Positions 54,128 to 63,122 of a stretch of DNA of 64,000 nt are shown here, piece after piece. Origin of the DNA: Clostridia bacterium (GTDB lineage: Bacteria > Bacillota > Clostridia > Oscillospirales > CAG-272); NCBI GenBank assembly GCA_028720145.1, contig JAQYLJ010000067.1, forward strand, positions 27,890-91,889, given 5' to 3'. The notes beneath the pieces are model-generated. The model saw only the letters and a program-made list of their open reading frames with translations. It had not been told where the DNA came from and did not search any database. Numbering within the stretch: position 1 is the stretch's first letter; each line of letters begins with the position of its first letter. The position numbers were made by a program, and so were the translations under genes.

Positions 54128-54680
54128 AATCAGAATCCGACAGGCGGTACTGGTCGAGGGGCGGTATGATAAAATCGCGCTCGAACAGTTGCTCGATGCC
54201 CGCATCTTTACGACCGAGGGATTCGGGATTTTCCATAACACCGAAAAGAAAGCACTCCTCCGCCGCATCGCCGAGACCGAGGGGATTCTCCTGCTCACCG
54301 ACAGCGACGGGGGCGGGAAACAGATTCGCGCCTATCTCGCGGGCATTCTCCCCGCCGAGGGGCTGACCCACCTCTATATCCCGCAGGTCGCGGGGAAAGA
54401 GAGACGCAAAGCCCACTCGTCAAAAGCGGGGTATCTCGGCGTGGAGGGGACCGACCCCGAAATTCTGCGCGGGATTTTCGCGCCGTTCGCGACCGACGCA
54501 CCCGTGCGGGAGAAAAAAACGTATACCAAACTCGACCTCTACGAGCGGGGACTGCTCGGCGGCGAGGGGGCAAAAGAAAAACGCGAAGCCCTCTGCCGCC
54601 GTCTCGGTCTCCCGCCGCTCTCGTCAAACGCCTTCCTCGCGGCGGTCAACCTGCTCGGGGAATCCATCGACCCCGTGTGA
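54117..54680 (+). CDS. Toprim-domain protein (RNase M5 / DUF4093-like)
   Basis: IRQAVLVEGRYDKIALEQLL…ILLLTDSDGGGKQIR shows the Toprim E…DxD pattern. The ATG at 54117 overlaps the nth end. The longer track ORF from 53964 is an upstream read-in. Confidence 0.7.
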   Translation: MADKIRIRQAVLVEGRYDKIALEQLLDARIFTTEGFGIFHNTEKKALLRRIAETEGILLLTDSDGGGKQIRAYLAGILPAEGLTHLYIPQVAGKERRKAHSSKAGYLGVEGTDPEILRGIFAPFATDAPVREKKTYTKLDLYERGLLGGEGAKEKREALCRRLGLPPLSSNAFLAAVNLLGESIDPV

Positions 54681-54738
54681 AACGGGCGGGGAAGCACCGT
54701 CTCGCGCCCGCGGGCGAAAACCCCGACGAAAAAATAAG

Positions 54739-54767
54739 TTGCATTCTATTCACGACTTGGATATAAT
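54739..54767 (+). promoter_or_regulatory. promoter of the GldAFG-like ABC operon
   Basis: TTGCAT-17-TATAAT, followed by a roughly 145-nt hairpin-rich leader. Confidence 0.6.
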
Positions 54768-54915
54768 ATTCTGGTAAACTACAAAAAAATGAGGGCTTAG
54801 CGCGCGCGAGGCGAGGCCCTCGGTACAGTTGGATATGGGGACTGTCGTATCAGCGCGAAATGCCTGCGACAGTCCCGTAAAAATCAAAGAGAGGAGCGGC
54901 AGAGCCGCAAGTCAG

Positions 54916-55896
54916 ATGATTACAGTCGAACACCTCATCAAGCGTTACGGAACCTATTACGCCTTAAACGATGTGAGTTTCAGCATCGGGGAGGGCGAGA
55001 TCGTGGGTCTTTTGGGACCGAACGGCGCAGGGAAATCCACCACCATGAATATTGTCACGGGGTACCTGTCGGCGACCTCGGGCGATGTCACGGTCGGCGG
55101 GGTCAGTCTCGCGGAGAACCCGCGGGAGGTCAAGCGGATGATCGGGTATCTGCCCGAACTGCCGCCCGTCTACCCCGACATGACGGTGGAGGAATACCTG
55201 CGCTTTGTCTATCAGCTGAAAGGGTGCGAACTGCCGCGGGACGAGCATATCGGGGAGATCCTCGATGTGGTGAAACTGAAAGATGTGCGTGCCCGCCTGA
55301 TTCGGAACCTCTCGAAAGGGTACCGCCAGCGCGTGGGTATCGCGCAGGCACTCATCGGCGACCCGAAGGTCATCATCTTCGACGAGCCGACGGTGGGTCT
55401 CGACCCCAAACAGATTCTCGAAGTGCGGAACCTGATTCGCTCGCTCGGAAAAAAACATACCGTCATTCTCTCGACCCATATCCTCGCCGAGGTACAGGCG
55501 GTCTGCGAGCGCATCATCGTCATCAACCGCGGGACCATCATCGCGGACGAGCACACCGATGAACTCGCGCGGGTCATGGAAGAGAACGCGCACTATCGCT
55601 ACGCCATCTGCGGACCGCAGAAAGAAGTCGTGGCGGGGCTCCGCGGATGCCGCGGGGTGCTCGATGTCGAGCCGGCGGGTGAACGCGACGGAGACGCGAA
55701 TGTTTATTTGATTGAGACTTCGGGCGGGGTGGACGCGCGGAAGAACCTCTTCAAAGTCTGTCAGGAAAAGGGATGGGCGATCCTCGGTGCCAAAGAGGTG
55801 GGGACCGACCTCGAATCCATCTTTATTCGTCTTGTTGACCGCGCGAACGATGCGGGCAAGAAAAACGCCAAAAGCGGGAAAAAGGAGGGCAAATAA
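54916..55896 (+). CDS. ABC transporter ATP-binding protein (ABC-2 / GldA-like)
   Basis: Walker A GPNGAGKST, signature LSKGYRQR, Walker B VIIFDEPTVGLD. The start is set at MITVEHLIKRYG, but the RBS is weak and the start is uncertain. Confidence 0.85.
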   Translation: MITVEHLIKRYGTYYALNDVSFSIGEGEIVGLLGPNGAGKSTTMNIVTGYLSATSGDVTVGGVSLAENPREVKRMIGYLPELPPVYPDMTVEEYLRFVYQLKGCELPRDEHIGEILDVVKLKDVRARLIRNLSKGYRQRVGIAQALIGDPKVIIFDEPTVGLDPKQILEVRNLIRSLGKKHTVILSTHILAEVQAVCERIIVINRGTIIADEHTDELARVMEENAHYRYAICGPQKEVVAGLRGCRGVLDVEPAGERDGDANVYLIETSGGVDARKNLFKVCQEKGWAILGAKEVGTDLESIFIRLVDRANDAGKKNAKSGKKEGK

Positions 55897-56601
55897 ATGG
55901 GTGCCGTCTATCGCAGGGAGTTGACCTCCTATTTCACCACCCCCATCGGGTATGTCTTCGTGGCGGTATTTCTCGCGCTCTCGGGCGCGGTCTTCGCCGC
56001 GACCACGCTGTTCGCCATGTCGTCGGATGTCACCGAGTATTTTTCCTATATGCTGTTCCTCTATGTGGTGCTCTTGCCCCTGCTCACCATGAAATCGTTC
56101 AGTGAAGAGCGCAAGACCCGCACCGAACAGCTGATTCTCACCTCTCCCGTGTCGCTCTTCGGCATGGTGATGGGGAAATTCCTCGCGGCGCTGACCATGT
56201 TCGGCGGGTGCCAACTGCTCGCGTCGACCGTGTTTTTGGTGCTCGCGCGGTATGCGGAAATCAAAGTCGCGGTGCTCTTCGGGAACATCCTCGCCATTCT
56301 GCTCGTCGGGATCTCGTTCCTCTCCGTCGGGCTGTTCGTCTCGGCGATTACCGAGAACCAACTGACCGCCGCCATCGGTACCATCGCGATTTTGCTCTTC
56401 TTCTTACTCATCAGTTTCCTGAATCAAATTATCAATGTCTACTGGATTCGCTTCCTCATCAACTGCGTGTCGATTTGGTCTCGGTTCCAGAACTTCTCGC
56501 AGGGCATCTTTGACCTGTCGTCGCTCTTCTACTACCTGTCTGTCTCGGCTGTGTTCCTGTTCCTCACCATTCGGGTGTATGACCGCCGCAGATACAACTG
56601 A
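55897..56601 (+). CDS. ABC-2 type transporter permease (GldF-like)
   Basis: It abuts the ATPase stop, has six hydrophobic segments, and carries the SFSEERKTRTEQLILTSPV motif typical of ABC-2/GldF permeases. Confidence 0.8.
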   Translation: MGAVYRRELTSYFTTPIGYVFVAVFLALSGAVFAATTLFAMSSDVTEYFSYMLFLYVVLLPLLTMKSFSEERKTRTEQLILTSPVSLFGMVMGKFLAALTMFGGCQLLASTVFLVLARYAEIKVAVLFGNILAILLVGISFLSVGLFVSAITENQLTAAIGTIAILLFFLLISFLNQIINVYWIRFLINCVSIWSRFQNFSQGIFDLSSLFYYLSVSAVFLFLTIRVYDRRRYN

Positions 56602-56612
56602 CGGAGGAGCGC

Positions 56613-58148
56613 ATGAAAAAGCACAATTTCTTGGAAAGGATCGGGGACAAGTTCCACTCGTCCAAACGGATGGGGGTGCTCATGACCGCGCTCTTCATCG
56701 CGGTGGTCGTGACCGTCAACATTGTCCTCTTCGGGCTTGCCTCCCGCTTCGGGTGGTATTTCCGCACCGATACGGTGTATGAGCACACCATCTCGGACGC
56801 GACCGACGGCTACCTCTCCGAAGTGAAAGACAGGGGGAATGTACGGATTCTCTTCTGTGACGCGAAGGATACTTTGGAGTCCGACGAGGTCTATAACCTC
56901 GTCTATCAGACCGCCTGCCAATATGCGGAGAAGTACGACTTTGTCTCGGTGGAGAATGTCAATATCTTCACGAACCCCGAACTCGTCGAGCCCTATAAAT
57001 ACGAACTGGAACCCGACGGTTCCTATAAAAAAGACCCCGAAACGGGGAAACGCATCAAAATCAACGAGATTTCCACGAGTACCGTCATCTTCGTCTCGGA
57101 GAGAGACTTTGCGGTGCTCCCCATGCACACCTTTTTCGTTCTGGATGAGGATCAGCTCATCACCGCCTATAACGGGGAAGAGGTGACCGCCGCCATGATT
57201 CACCGAGTGCTCTCGGTCGAGGACCGACCGGTGGCATACTTCACCGCGAACCACGGGGAGACCTACGCGACCGCATTCTATTACCGCCTGCTCTTCGCCG
57301 GCTACACCATGCAAGAGGTCGACCTGTGGAGCGAGACCCCCGAGGCAGGCGACGGAAATATTCTGATTATCTCCAATCCCCGTTACGATTTCGACCGCGG
57401 CGACGCATCGCACGGGGTCGTCGGGGAGATTGACCGCATCCAAGCGTTCACCGACGCGGGCGGTACGGTCTACGCCATGCTCGACCCCCTCATCACGGGG
57501 ACGGTGCAACTCGAAAAGTATCTCTCGGAATGGGGCATCACCGTCATGCGTGCCGAGACCTCGGCGCGCGCAGCGGACACCGTGTTCGTGCGCGACTCCG
57601 CAGACGCCGTCACGACCGACGGCTACGGGCTGATTACTTCGTTCGGGGAGAGCGACGTCGGCAGGGAAATGAAAGCGGAAATGGATAGTTTCGGCGCGGG
57701 GCGGGTCATCGTCTCACAGGCGTCTCCCCTGATTCTGAATGAGGTCGCGGGGAAGACGGTCTCGTCGCTCCTCGTCTCGTCTCAAGCTTCTCAGGCATAC
57801 GCGGGCGGGTCGAGCATCGATACGGCGGGCTCCTATACCGTCGCCGCCATGTCGCAAGACACGACGACCGGAGGCGGGGTCTTCGCCGTCGGGTCGGTCT
57901 ACCTGACCGCCCAGAACGCCATTACCACGAACGAATACGGGAACAAGGATTTCGTGTTCTTGGTCTTCCGGCATTTGAGCGGCGCATCTGTACCGCTCGG
58001 CTCCTCCTATCTCCTCTTCTCTTCGACGGGAATTGAGGACCTGACCATGTGGGAGGCACGGCTCTGGACCATTCTCTTCGCCGGGGTGCTCCCCGTCGGG
58101 GTCGCGGTCGCGGGTGTCATCTGTATCCGAAGGAGGAGGAACCGCTGA
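56613..58148 (+). CDS. GldG-like ABC-transporter auxiliary protein (paralogue 1)
   Basis: N- and C-terminal TM anchors flank a large extracytoplasmic domain. Its position directly after the GldA/F-like pair matches the GldG family layout. Assigned from context and architecture. Confidence 0.6.
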   Translation: MKKHNFLERIGDKFHSSKRMGVLMTALFIAVVVTVNIVLFGLASRFGWYFRTDTVYEHTISDATDGYLSEVKDRGNVRILFCDAKDTLESDEVYNLVYQTACQYAEKYDFVSVENVNIFTNPELVEPYKYELEPDGSYKKDPETGKRIKINEISTSTVIFVSERDFAVLPMHTFFVLDEDQLITAYNGEEVTAAMIHRVLSVEDRPVAYFTANHGETYATAFYYRLLFAGYTMQEVDLWSETPEAGDGNILIISNPRYDFDRGDASHGVVGEIDRIQAFTDAGGTVYAMLDPLITGTVQLEKYLSEWGITVMRAETSARAADTVFVRDSADAVTTDGYGLITSFGESDVGREMKAEMDSFGAGRVIVSQASPLILNEVAGKTVSSLLVSSQASQAYAGGSSIDTAGSYTVAAMSQDTTTGGGVFAVGSVYLTAQNAITTNEYGNKDFVFLVFRHLSGASVPLGSSYLLFSSTGIEDLTMWEARLWTILFAGVLPVGVAVAGVICIRRRRNR

Positions 58149-59836
58149 TGGAAGAAAAACAAGAAAAACCGTCGTTCTTTCGGCGTCATCGCCGCGCTGT
58201 TTTCACCTCTGTCACCGCAGGGCTCATCGTGGTCCTTTTGGCACTCAATATCGGTTTGGCATATCTGTTTCAGGAGAAGACCCTCTACGGCGACCTCACC
58301 CCCGAGGGGCTCTACACCCTCTCCGACACCATGTTGGACACCTGCTCGCGTCTCAGAGGCGATGTGACCGTCACCTTCTGTGACGAGCCGGACAGACTGC
58401 TCGACAACTACGAGAGCCGCTATGTTTATCTCATGGCGAAACAGCTCGAAAACAAGTTCGATAACATTCATGTCGAGACCTACAATCTCGTGAAGAACCC
58501 CACCGCGGTCAGTAGGTTTAAGGCAAATTCGGTCACCGAAATCAAGGCGGACAGCGTGATCGTCTCCTGCGGCGGCAGATACCGCATCCTCTCGGCGGCG
58601 GCGTTCTGGTCGCTCAAAGAGTCCTCGGCGAGTTCGACCGATTACTACTCGTTCAACGGGGAATACCGACTGGCGACCGCGTTTCTCGCGGTGACCTCGA
58701 TTGAGGAACCCGTGGTCTGCTTTACCTACGGTCACGGCGAACATTTCTTCGTGCCGGAGGAGAAAAAAGCCGAGGTGCCGGCGGAGGTCGCCGCCGCGTC
58801 CGACCCCGATAAGTCCTTGTTCTACTATCTGCTTTGCGACTCGGGGATGCGGGTCTCGTATATCAATCTCGATGAAGAAGAAATCCCCGAGAACTGTATT
58901 CTTCTGGTGATGGACGGCCCGACGACCGACTATTCGGCGGGGAATGTCAACAGCATCACCGAGAAAACCGCACTTAAACGGATGCACGCGTTTCTCGCGG
59001 AGCAGTACGGCGCCCTGATGCTCTTCAAAGACCCGACCGCGCGCCTCAAAAACCTCGAAGACTTCTCGAAGGACTGGGGCATCGCGTTCGAGGACGGGTA
59101 TTATCTGCGCGAGACCCCCGAGAACTCTCTTTCCGACAGCGAAAACACGAGACAAAAGCTCTTCGCGAACCTCTCGACCGATTCGTCCTCGCTCGCAAAT
59201 TCCATCTATTATGACATCGCCGCGCTCGCGACCTCTCCCCGCACGGTGGTGGCGGACAGCGGGATTGTCCGCACGGGGTGGAAGAACGATTATGTCGGCA
59301 CCTCCTCGACCATGAATGTCGGGGCGCTGTACAGCGATTTCTTCACCACTTCTCCCGACGCGCGCCCCGTGAACATCTCCGATCAGACGGTCGGCGAGGC
59401 GGGCACCTACGCCATGGCGGCGGTCAGCGTGCGGCGGTATCTCGACACCTACGAGAATGTGTATTACTCGGGTTATTACTTCGGCGCGGCGACCACCGCG
59501 CTCACCTCGAATACCTATCTCGGAAATCAGTCGTACTGTAACTACGACCTCATGTTCACCACGGTGCGGTCGATCTCCCGCACCGACGCCTATGCGTCGA
59601 TCGAGCTCGGCGGTTCGAGCTTGAACTCTCCCACGCTGGGAGGGAAGCCGCTCGCGACCTTGGTGCTCGACGAGGCAGGGAATGTCAAGCACGACAGCGA
59701 CGGCAACGAGCGGGGATATTACCCCATCGTGGATAAAAAGGTACAGCTCGGTTGGTCGATCCCGCTGATTCTCATCCCGGTGATTCTCGTCGGGTGCGCG
59801 GGAACGGTCGTTATCATCAAACGGAAGAACAGGTAA
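58148..59836 (+). CDS. GldG-like ABC-transporter auxiliary protein (paralogue 2)
   Basis: TGATG overlap with the previous gene. It has the same bitopic architecture (N-terminal TM VFTSVTAGLIVVLLALNIGL, C-terminal TM IPLILIPVILVGCAGTVVII) and local similarity to paralogue 1 (GDLTPEGLYTLSD / TISDATDGYLSE). Confidence 0.6.
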   Translation: MEEKQEKPSFFRRHRRAVFTSVTAGLIVVLLALNIGLAYLFQEKTLYGDLTPEGLYTLSDTMLDTCSRLRGDVTVTFCDEPDRLLDNYESRYVYLMAKQLENKFDNIHVETYNLVKNPTAVSRFKANSVTEIKADSVIVSCGGRYRILSAAAFWSLKESSASSTDYYSFNGEYRLATAFLAVTSIEEPVVCFTYGHGEHFFVPEEKKAEVPAEVAAASDPDKSLFYYLLCDSGMRVSYINLDEEEIPENCILLVMDGPTTDYSAGNVNSITEKTALKRMHAFLAEQYGALMLFKDPTARLKNLEDFSKDWGIAFEDGYYLRETPENSLSDSENTRQKLFANLSTDSSSLANSIYYDIAALATSPRTVVADSGIVRTGWKNDYVGTSSTMNVGALYSDFFTTSPDARPVNISDQTVGEAGTYAMAAVSVRRYLDTYENVYYSGYYFGAATTALTSNTYLGNQSYCNYDLMFTTVRSISRTDAYASIELGGSSLNSPTLGGKPLATLVLDEAGNVKHDSDGNERGYYPIVDKKVQLGWSIPLILIPVILVGCAGTVVIIKRKNR

Positions 59837-59845
59837 GGAGAAAAA

Positions 59846-62800
59846 ATGAAACGCAAAAAACTGATTCTCATTTTGTCTCTTTCCGCCGTATTCCTGGTGG
59901 CTCTTGTACTGGCACTGCTCGGGAAATTCGTCTGGGGATGGTTCGACGGAGAAGAAAAGGAACCGTATGTGCCGCCGACCCTCGAAGAGGAGGGCGAAGC
60001 GTACTATTACTTCGGCGGTTCCCTCGTCAAAGACACGGTGCTCATGTACCCGCAGATCGGACGCTCCGATATTGCGACGGTGCGGGTGCATAACACCAAA
60101 GGGGAGAACTATTTCTTCTATCACTATATTTCCGGCGCGAGCAATTACTTTATGCTCGGGCAGAGTAAGACCGATGAGTTCGGTGCCGACGATATTTCGC
60201 TCTATTTCCCCTCGATTATCGAGGAGTTCGGCGGTTCGTTCGACTACACCTCGCTCTATGACGATGCGACGACTTTGCCCATTATGCTCGCCGCCGTCGG
60301 CACGGTGAAGATTCAGGAGCGTCTGCGCCCCGAGAACGGAGAGTTCTCCGAAGAGTGGCTCGCGCGGTACGGGCTCGCCGAACGGGATGATCCCGCCTAT
60401 TTCGAGGTGGTGACCTATCTGCGGGACGAGAACGGGAACTATGTTTATATCGACGCGGACGAGAATCCGGTCGGGCGCGATCCCGACAACGGGAAATACT
60501 ATTACTTGGTCCATGACGGAGAGGGAACCGCCTATACCCGCGGAGAGGAATTTCCCGGCACGGTCGAGGAACTCACGCCCATGGCGGACACCGACACCGT
60601 GAAGCGGGTCTATGTCGGGTATTCGACGGTGGACGATGCTTCCTATTATCTCCGTCTTGAAGGACGGAATGTGGTCTACACGGTCGCCGCTTCCTCGCTC
60701 ACGCAGGTGGTGGAGCGCGACATCGGCTACTATGTCGCCCCGCGGCTCGTGACCGAAGCCGAGTCCTCGTACGCCTACCAGTTGACCCCGGGACTCACGG
60801 TGTCTCACGGGCATTATACCGAAGACCCGTCGACGGTGCTCGAGGGCAGTATGTCGGTCGGACTGCGGATTCATGACCTTTGGACATTCCGTATCAACTC
60901 CGGTGAGAATGCCAAAGAGGAACACAAGCAGAATCTCTATCGGCAGGTGAACCTGGCGCTGAGTGACTGCGACCCCGCATTCCTCGCCGCCCTTGTCGGT
61001 GCGCATATCGGGGACACCGTGGATATTCTGCTCGCGGACAGGCGGCTCGCGGACCCGGACGAGACGCGCACCTATCTCATCTCTGCGATCAACGGCGTGA
61101 TGGTGGGGACCGAATATGTAACCGAGGCGGGACAAACGGTTTCCGACGGCGCCCGTCTGGTGCTCACCTACGAGAGCGCCGACGGACTCACCCTGATGGG
61201 GTGTCTCGACCTCTCGGACCCCACGCTCCCCGCGTCGGTGCGCACCGCGCTGGTCGGGCAGACGGTCGGGACCCTATCGACTCCCATTCTCCTCTCGGTC
61301 ACCTACGATGACAGTGTGGTGAATCGGAGTGAAGTGGTCACCACCGTGACCTCAATCTCCGCGATTACCGACCTCAGTGGAAATGAGCGTTCTGCCGTAA
61401 CTTACGGCAGCGCCGTGACATTTACCTATGCCGTCATGCGCGACGGCGACCTCGTCGGAAACTCGGATCCCGTCACGCTGTATATCCCCGCCGAGGCGGA
61501 AGCGACGAACGATGAAGCATGGCTCACGCTGAACCGCCGCGAGGACGGAGACCTTCTGTTCCCCCTCTCCCTCATGCGCCCGCTCGGCACGGCGCTCCTC
61601 GGACAGACGGTCGTGACTTATTCGACGCAGAACGAGGCGGAGGCACCGACCGTTACGGTCTCGTTCCCCCTCGATTATTTCTCCGACTTTACCCTCTACG
61701 ACGGCGCGGAGATTGAATGCGCCAACGCCTACGAAGAGATCATCACCTTCGGCTACACCAATCAGGCGGATGTCTATTTCGGCTCTTCTCGGTATGTCAT
61801 CACGGGACCCGGCGACCGTGACCTCTACGGTCTGGATTCCATGGCGTCCCTGACCGCGCTCCGCATCTTTTCGGACCTCAAGGGCGATGAGACGGTCGCG
61901 CTCGGGATCGATGACGAGGTGATTCGGAAATACGGTCTCTACGCCTACCGCATCTATTATGAACTGCCGTTCAACTGCTACGCGAAGACCGATGAGAGCG
62001 ATCGGCAACAGTATTACTACAAAGGCACGGTCGGCTATGAGCTGCTCGTGAGCGAGCTCCAACCCGACGGCAGTCGGTATGTCGCGTCCACGCAGTACGA
62101 CAATGTGGTGCTGGTCTCGGACGGCAGTCTGTTCGATTTCGTCGAGTGGTCGTTCGAGAACGATTGGGTGCAGAACAACCTGCTCATGGTCTCGTATAAG
62201 GACCTGCGCGGGATGGTATTCGACCTCAATTTCCACGAGAGCGACGGCGAAGAATTTCAAAAGATCTACGCGTTTGATGTCGCGGTAGACCTCTTATACA
62301 AATATACGACCAAGTACTATCAAAATGGGGAAGAGGTCGTCACCTATACCGAGAGCCCGCGTCTGTACGCCGCGCTTTTGGACGGCGGTGTTCACGACGG
62401 CATGAAGTCCTACGCGGAACTGCGGAGTTACTTCAAGTACAAAAACAACGGGTATTTCGTCGACTATTCGGGTGTCGAGGAGGCGCTGCAACTCAAGACC
62501 GGCGCCGGTCGGCTGGTCTACCGTATCAGCGACACCGAGCGCTATATCCTCGAGCTCGACCCCGTGTCTTCGCCGTATCGCGACTTGGATGCCGTGTACG
62601 ATTACGCCTTCGACCCGAGTAACCCCGAGTACTACGACGGCTGTACGAACTTCCAGACCTTGCTCCAAATCATCAACCTCACGCGGTATTGGGGGAACGC
62701 GGAGGAAGACGACGGACTGACCGAAGAGGAGATCGCCGCCTTACTCGCGGACGACGACGCCTGCGTCATGACGATCGCGCTGACCCTCACGAGCGACGAG

Positions 62801-62992
62801 AATCGGCGGGACGGTCGCGGGTACACCCTGCGGTTCTACAACTATTCGACCCATTCGCTCGTCAGCATCACCGACGAGAGTACCGGCAGGGAGACCCATC
62901 ACTTCTATATTCAGGCGAGAGAAGTCGCGAAAATCGCGGAGGCGGTCGTCGCGCTGTCTCGAGGAGAGAAAATCGATATCGACCGCTATTAA
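59846..62992 (+). CDS. large (1048 aa) N-terminally anchored extracytoplasmic protein, possibly DUF4340-related
   Basis: N-terminal TM (LILILSLSAVFLVALVLALLG). It is the last gene of the GldAFG-like operon, where DUF4340 proteins usually sit. No catalytic motifs are seen. Confidence 0.5.
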   Translation: MKRKKLILILSLSAVFLVALVLALLGKFVWGWFDGEEKEPYVPPTLEEEGEAYYYFGGSLVKDTVLMYPQIGRSDIATVRVHNTKGENYFFYHYISGASNYFMLGQSKTDEFGADDISLYFPSIIEEFGGSFDYTSLYDDATTLPIMLAAVGTVKIQERLRPENGEFSEEWLARYGLAERDDPAYFEVVTYLRDENGNYVYIDADENPVGRDPDNGKYYYLVHDGEGTAYTRGEEFPGTVEELTPMADTDTVKRVYVGYSTVDDASYYLRLEGRNVVYTVAASSLTQVVERDIGYYVAPRLVTEAESSYAYQLTPGLTVSHGHYTEDPSTVLEGSMSVGLRIHDLWTFRINSGENAKEEHKQNLYRQVNLALSDCDPAFLAALVGAHIGDTVDILLADRRLADPDETRTYLISAINGVMVGTEYVTEAGQTVSDGARLVLTYESADGLTLMGCLDLSDPTLPASVRTALVGQTVGTLSTPILLSVTYDDSVVNRSEVVTTVTSISAITDLSGNERSAVTYGSAVTFTYAVMRDGDLVGNSDPVTLYIPAEAEATNDEAWLTLNRREDGDLLFPLSLMRPLGTALLGQTVVTYSTQNEAEAPTVTVSFPLDYFSDFTLYDGAEIECANAYEEIITFGYTNQADVYFGSSRYVITGPGDRDLYGLDSMASLTALRIFSDLKGDETVALGIDDEVIRKYGLYAYRIYYELPFNCYAKTDESDRQQYYYKGTVGYELLVSELQPDGSRYVASTQYDNVVLVSDGSLFDFVEWSFENDWVQNNLLMVSYKDLRGMVFDLNFHESDGEEFQKIYAFDVAVDLLYKYTTKYYQNGEEVVTYTESPRLYAALLDGGVHDGMKSYAELRSYFKYKNNGYFVDYSGVEEALQLKTGAGRLVYRISDTERYILELDPVSSPYRDLDAVYDYAFDPSNPEYYDGCTNFQTLLQIINLTRYWGNAEEDDGLTEEEIAALLADDDACVMTIALTLTSDENRRDGRGYTLRFYNYSTHSLVSITDESTGRETHHFYIQAREVAKIAEAVVALSRGEKIDIDRY

Positions 62993-63025
62993 ACGGGGTT
63001 TTTCCAAACTCCGCGAAAAAAGGGA

Positions 63026-63054
63026 TTGATTTTGCGATTTTTCCGTGTTATAAT
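63026..63054 (+). promoter_or_regulatory. promoter of the 63123 gene
   Basis: TTGATT-17-TATAAT with a TGt extension. Confidence 0.6.
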
Positions 63055-63122
63055 AAACAAGATTGATACGCGCCCGTGCGCGTGTAAACGCAAACTTTAT
63101 ATTCATGCAAAGGATTTTGACC

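Noticed and set aside
58007-61135. 1042-aa minus-strand ORF, and similar long antisense ORFs (50859-53384, 26269-27702, 46328-47896, 48125-49210, 54964-56361, 11803-13224)
   Set aside because: All lie opposite well-supported plus-strand genes. They are Arg/Gly/His-rich with no recognisable domains or RBS, so they are artefacts.
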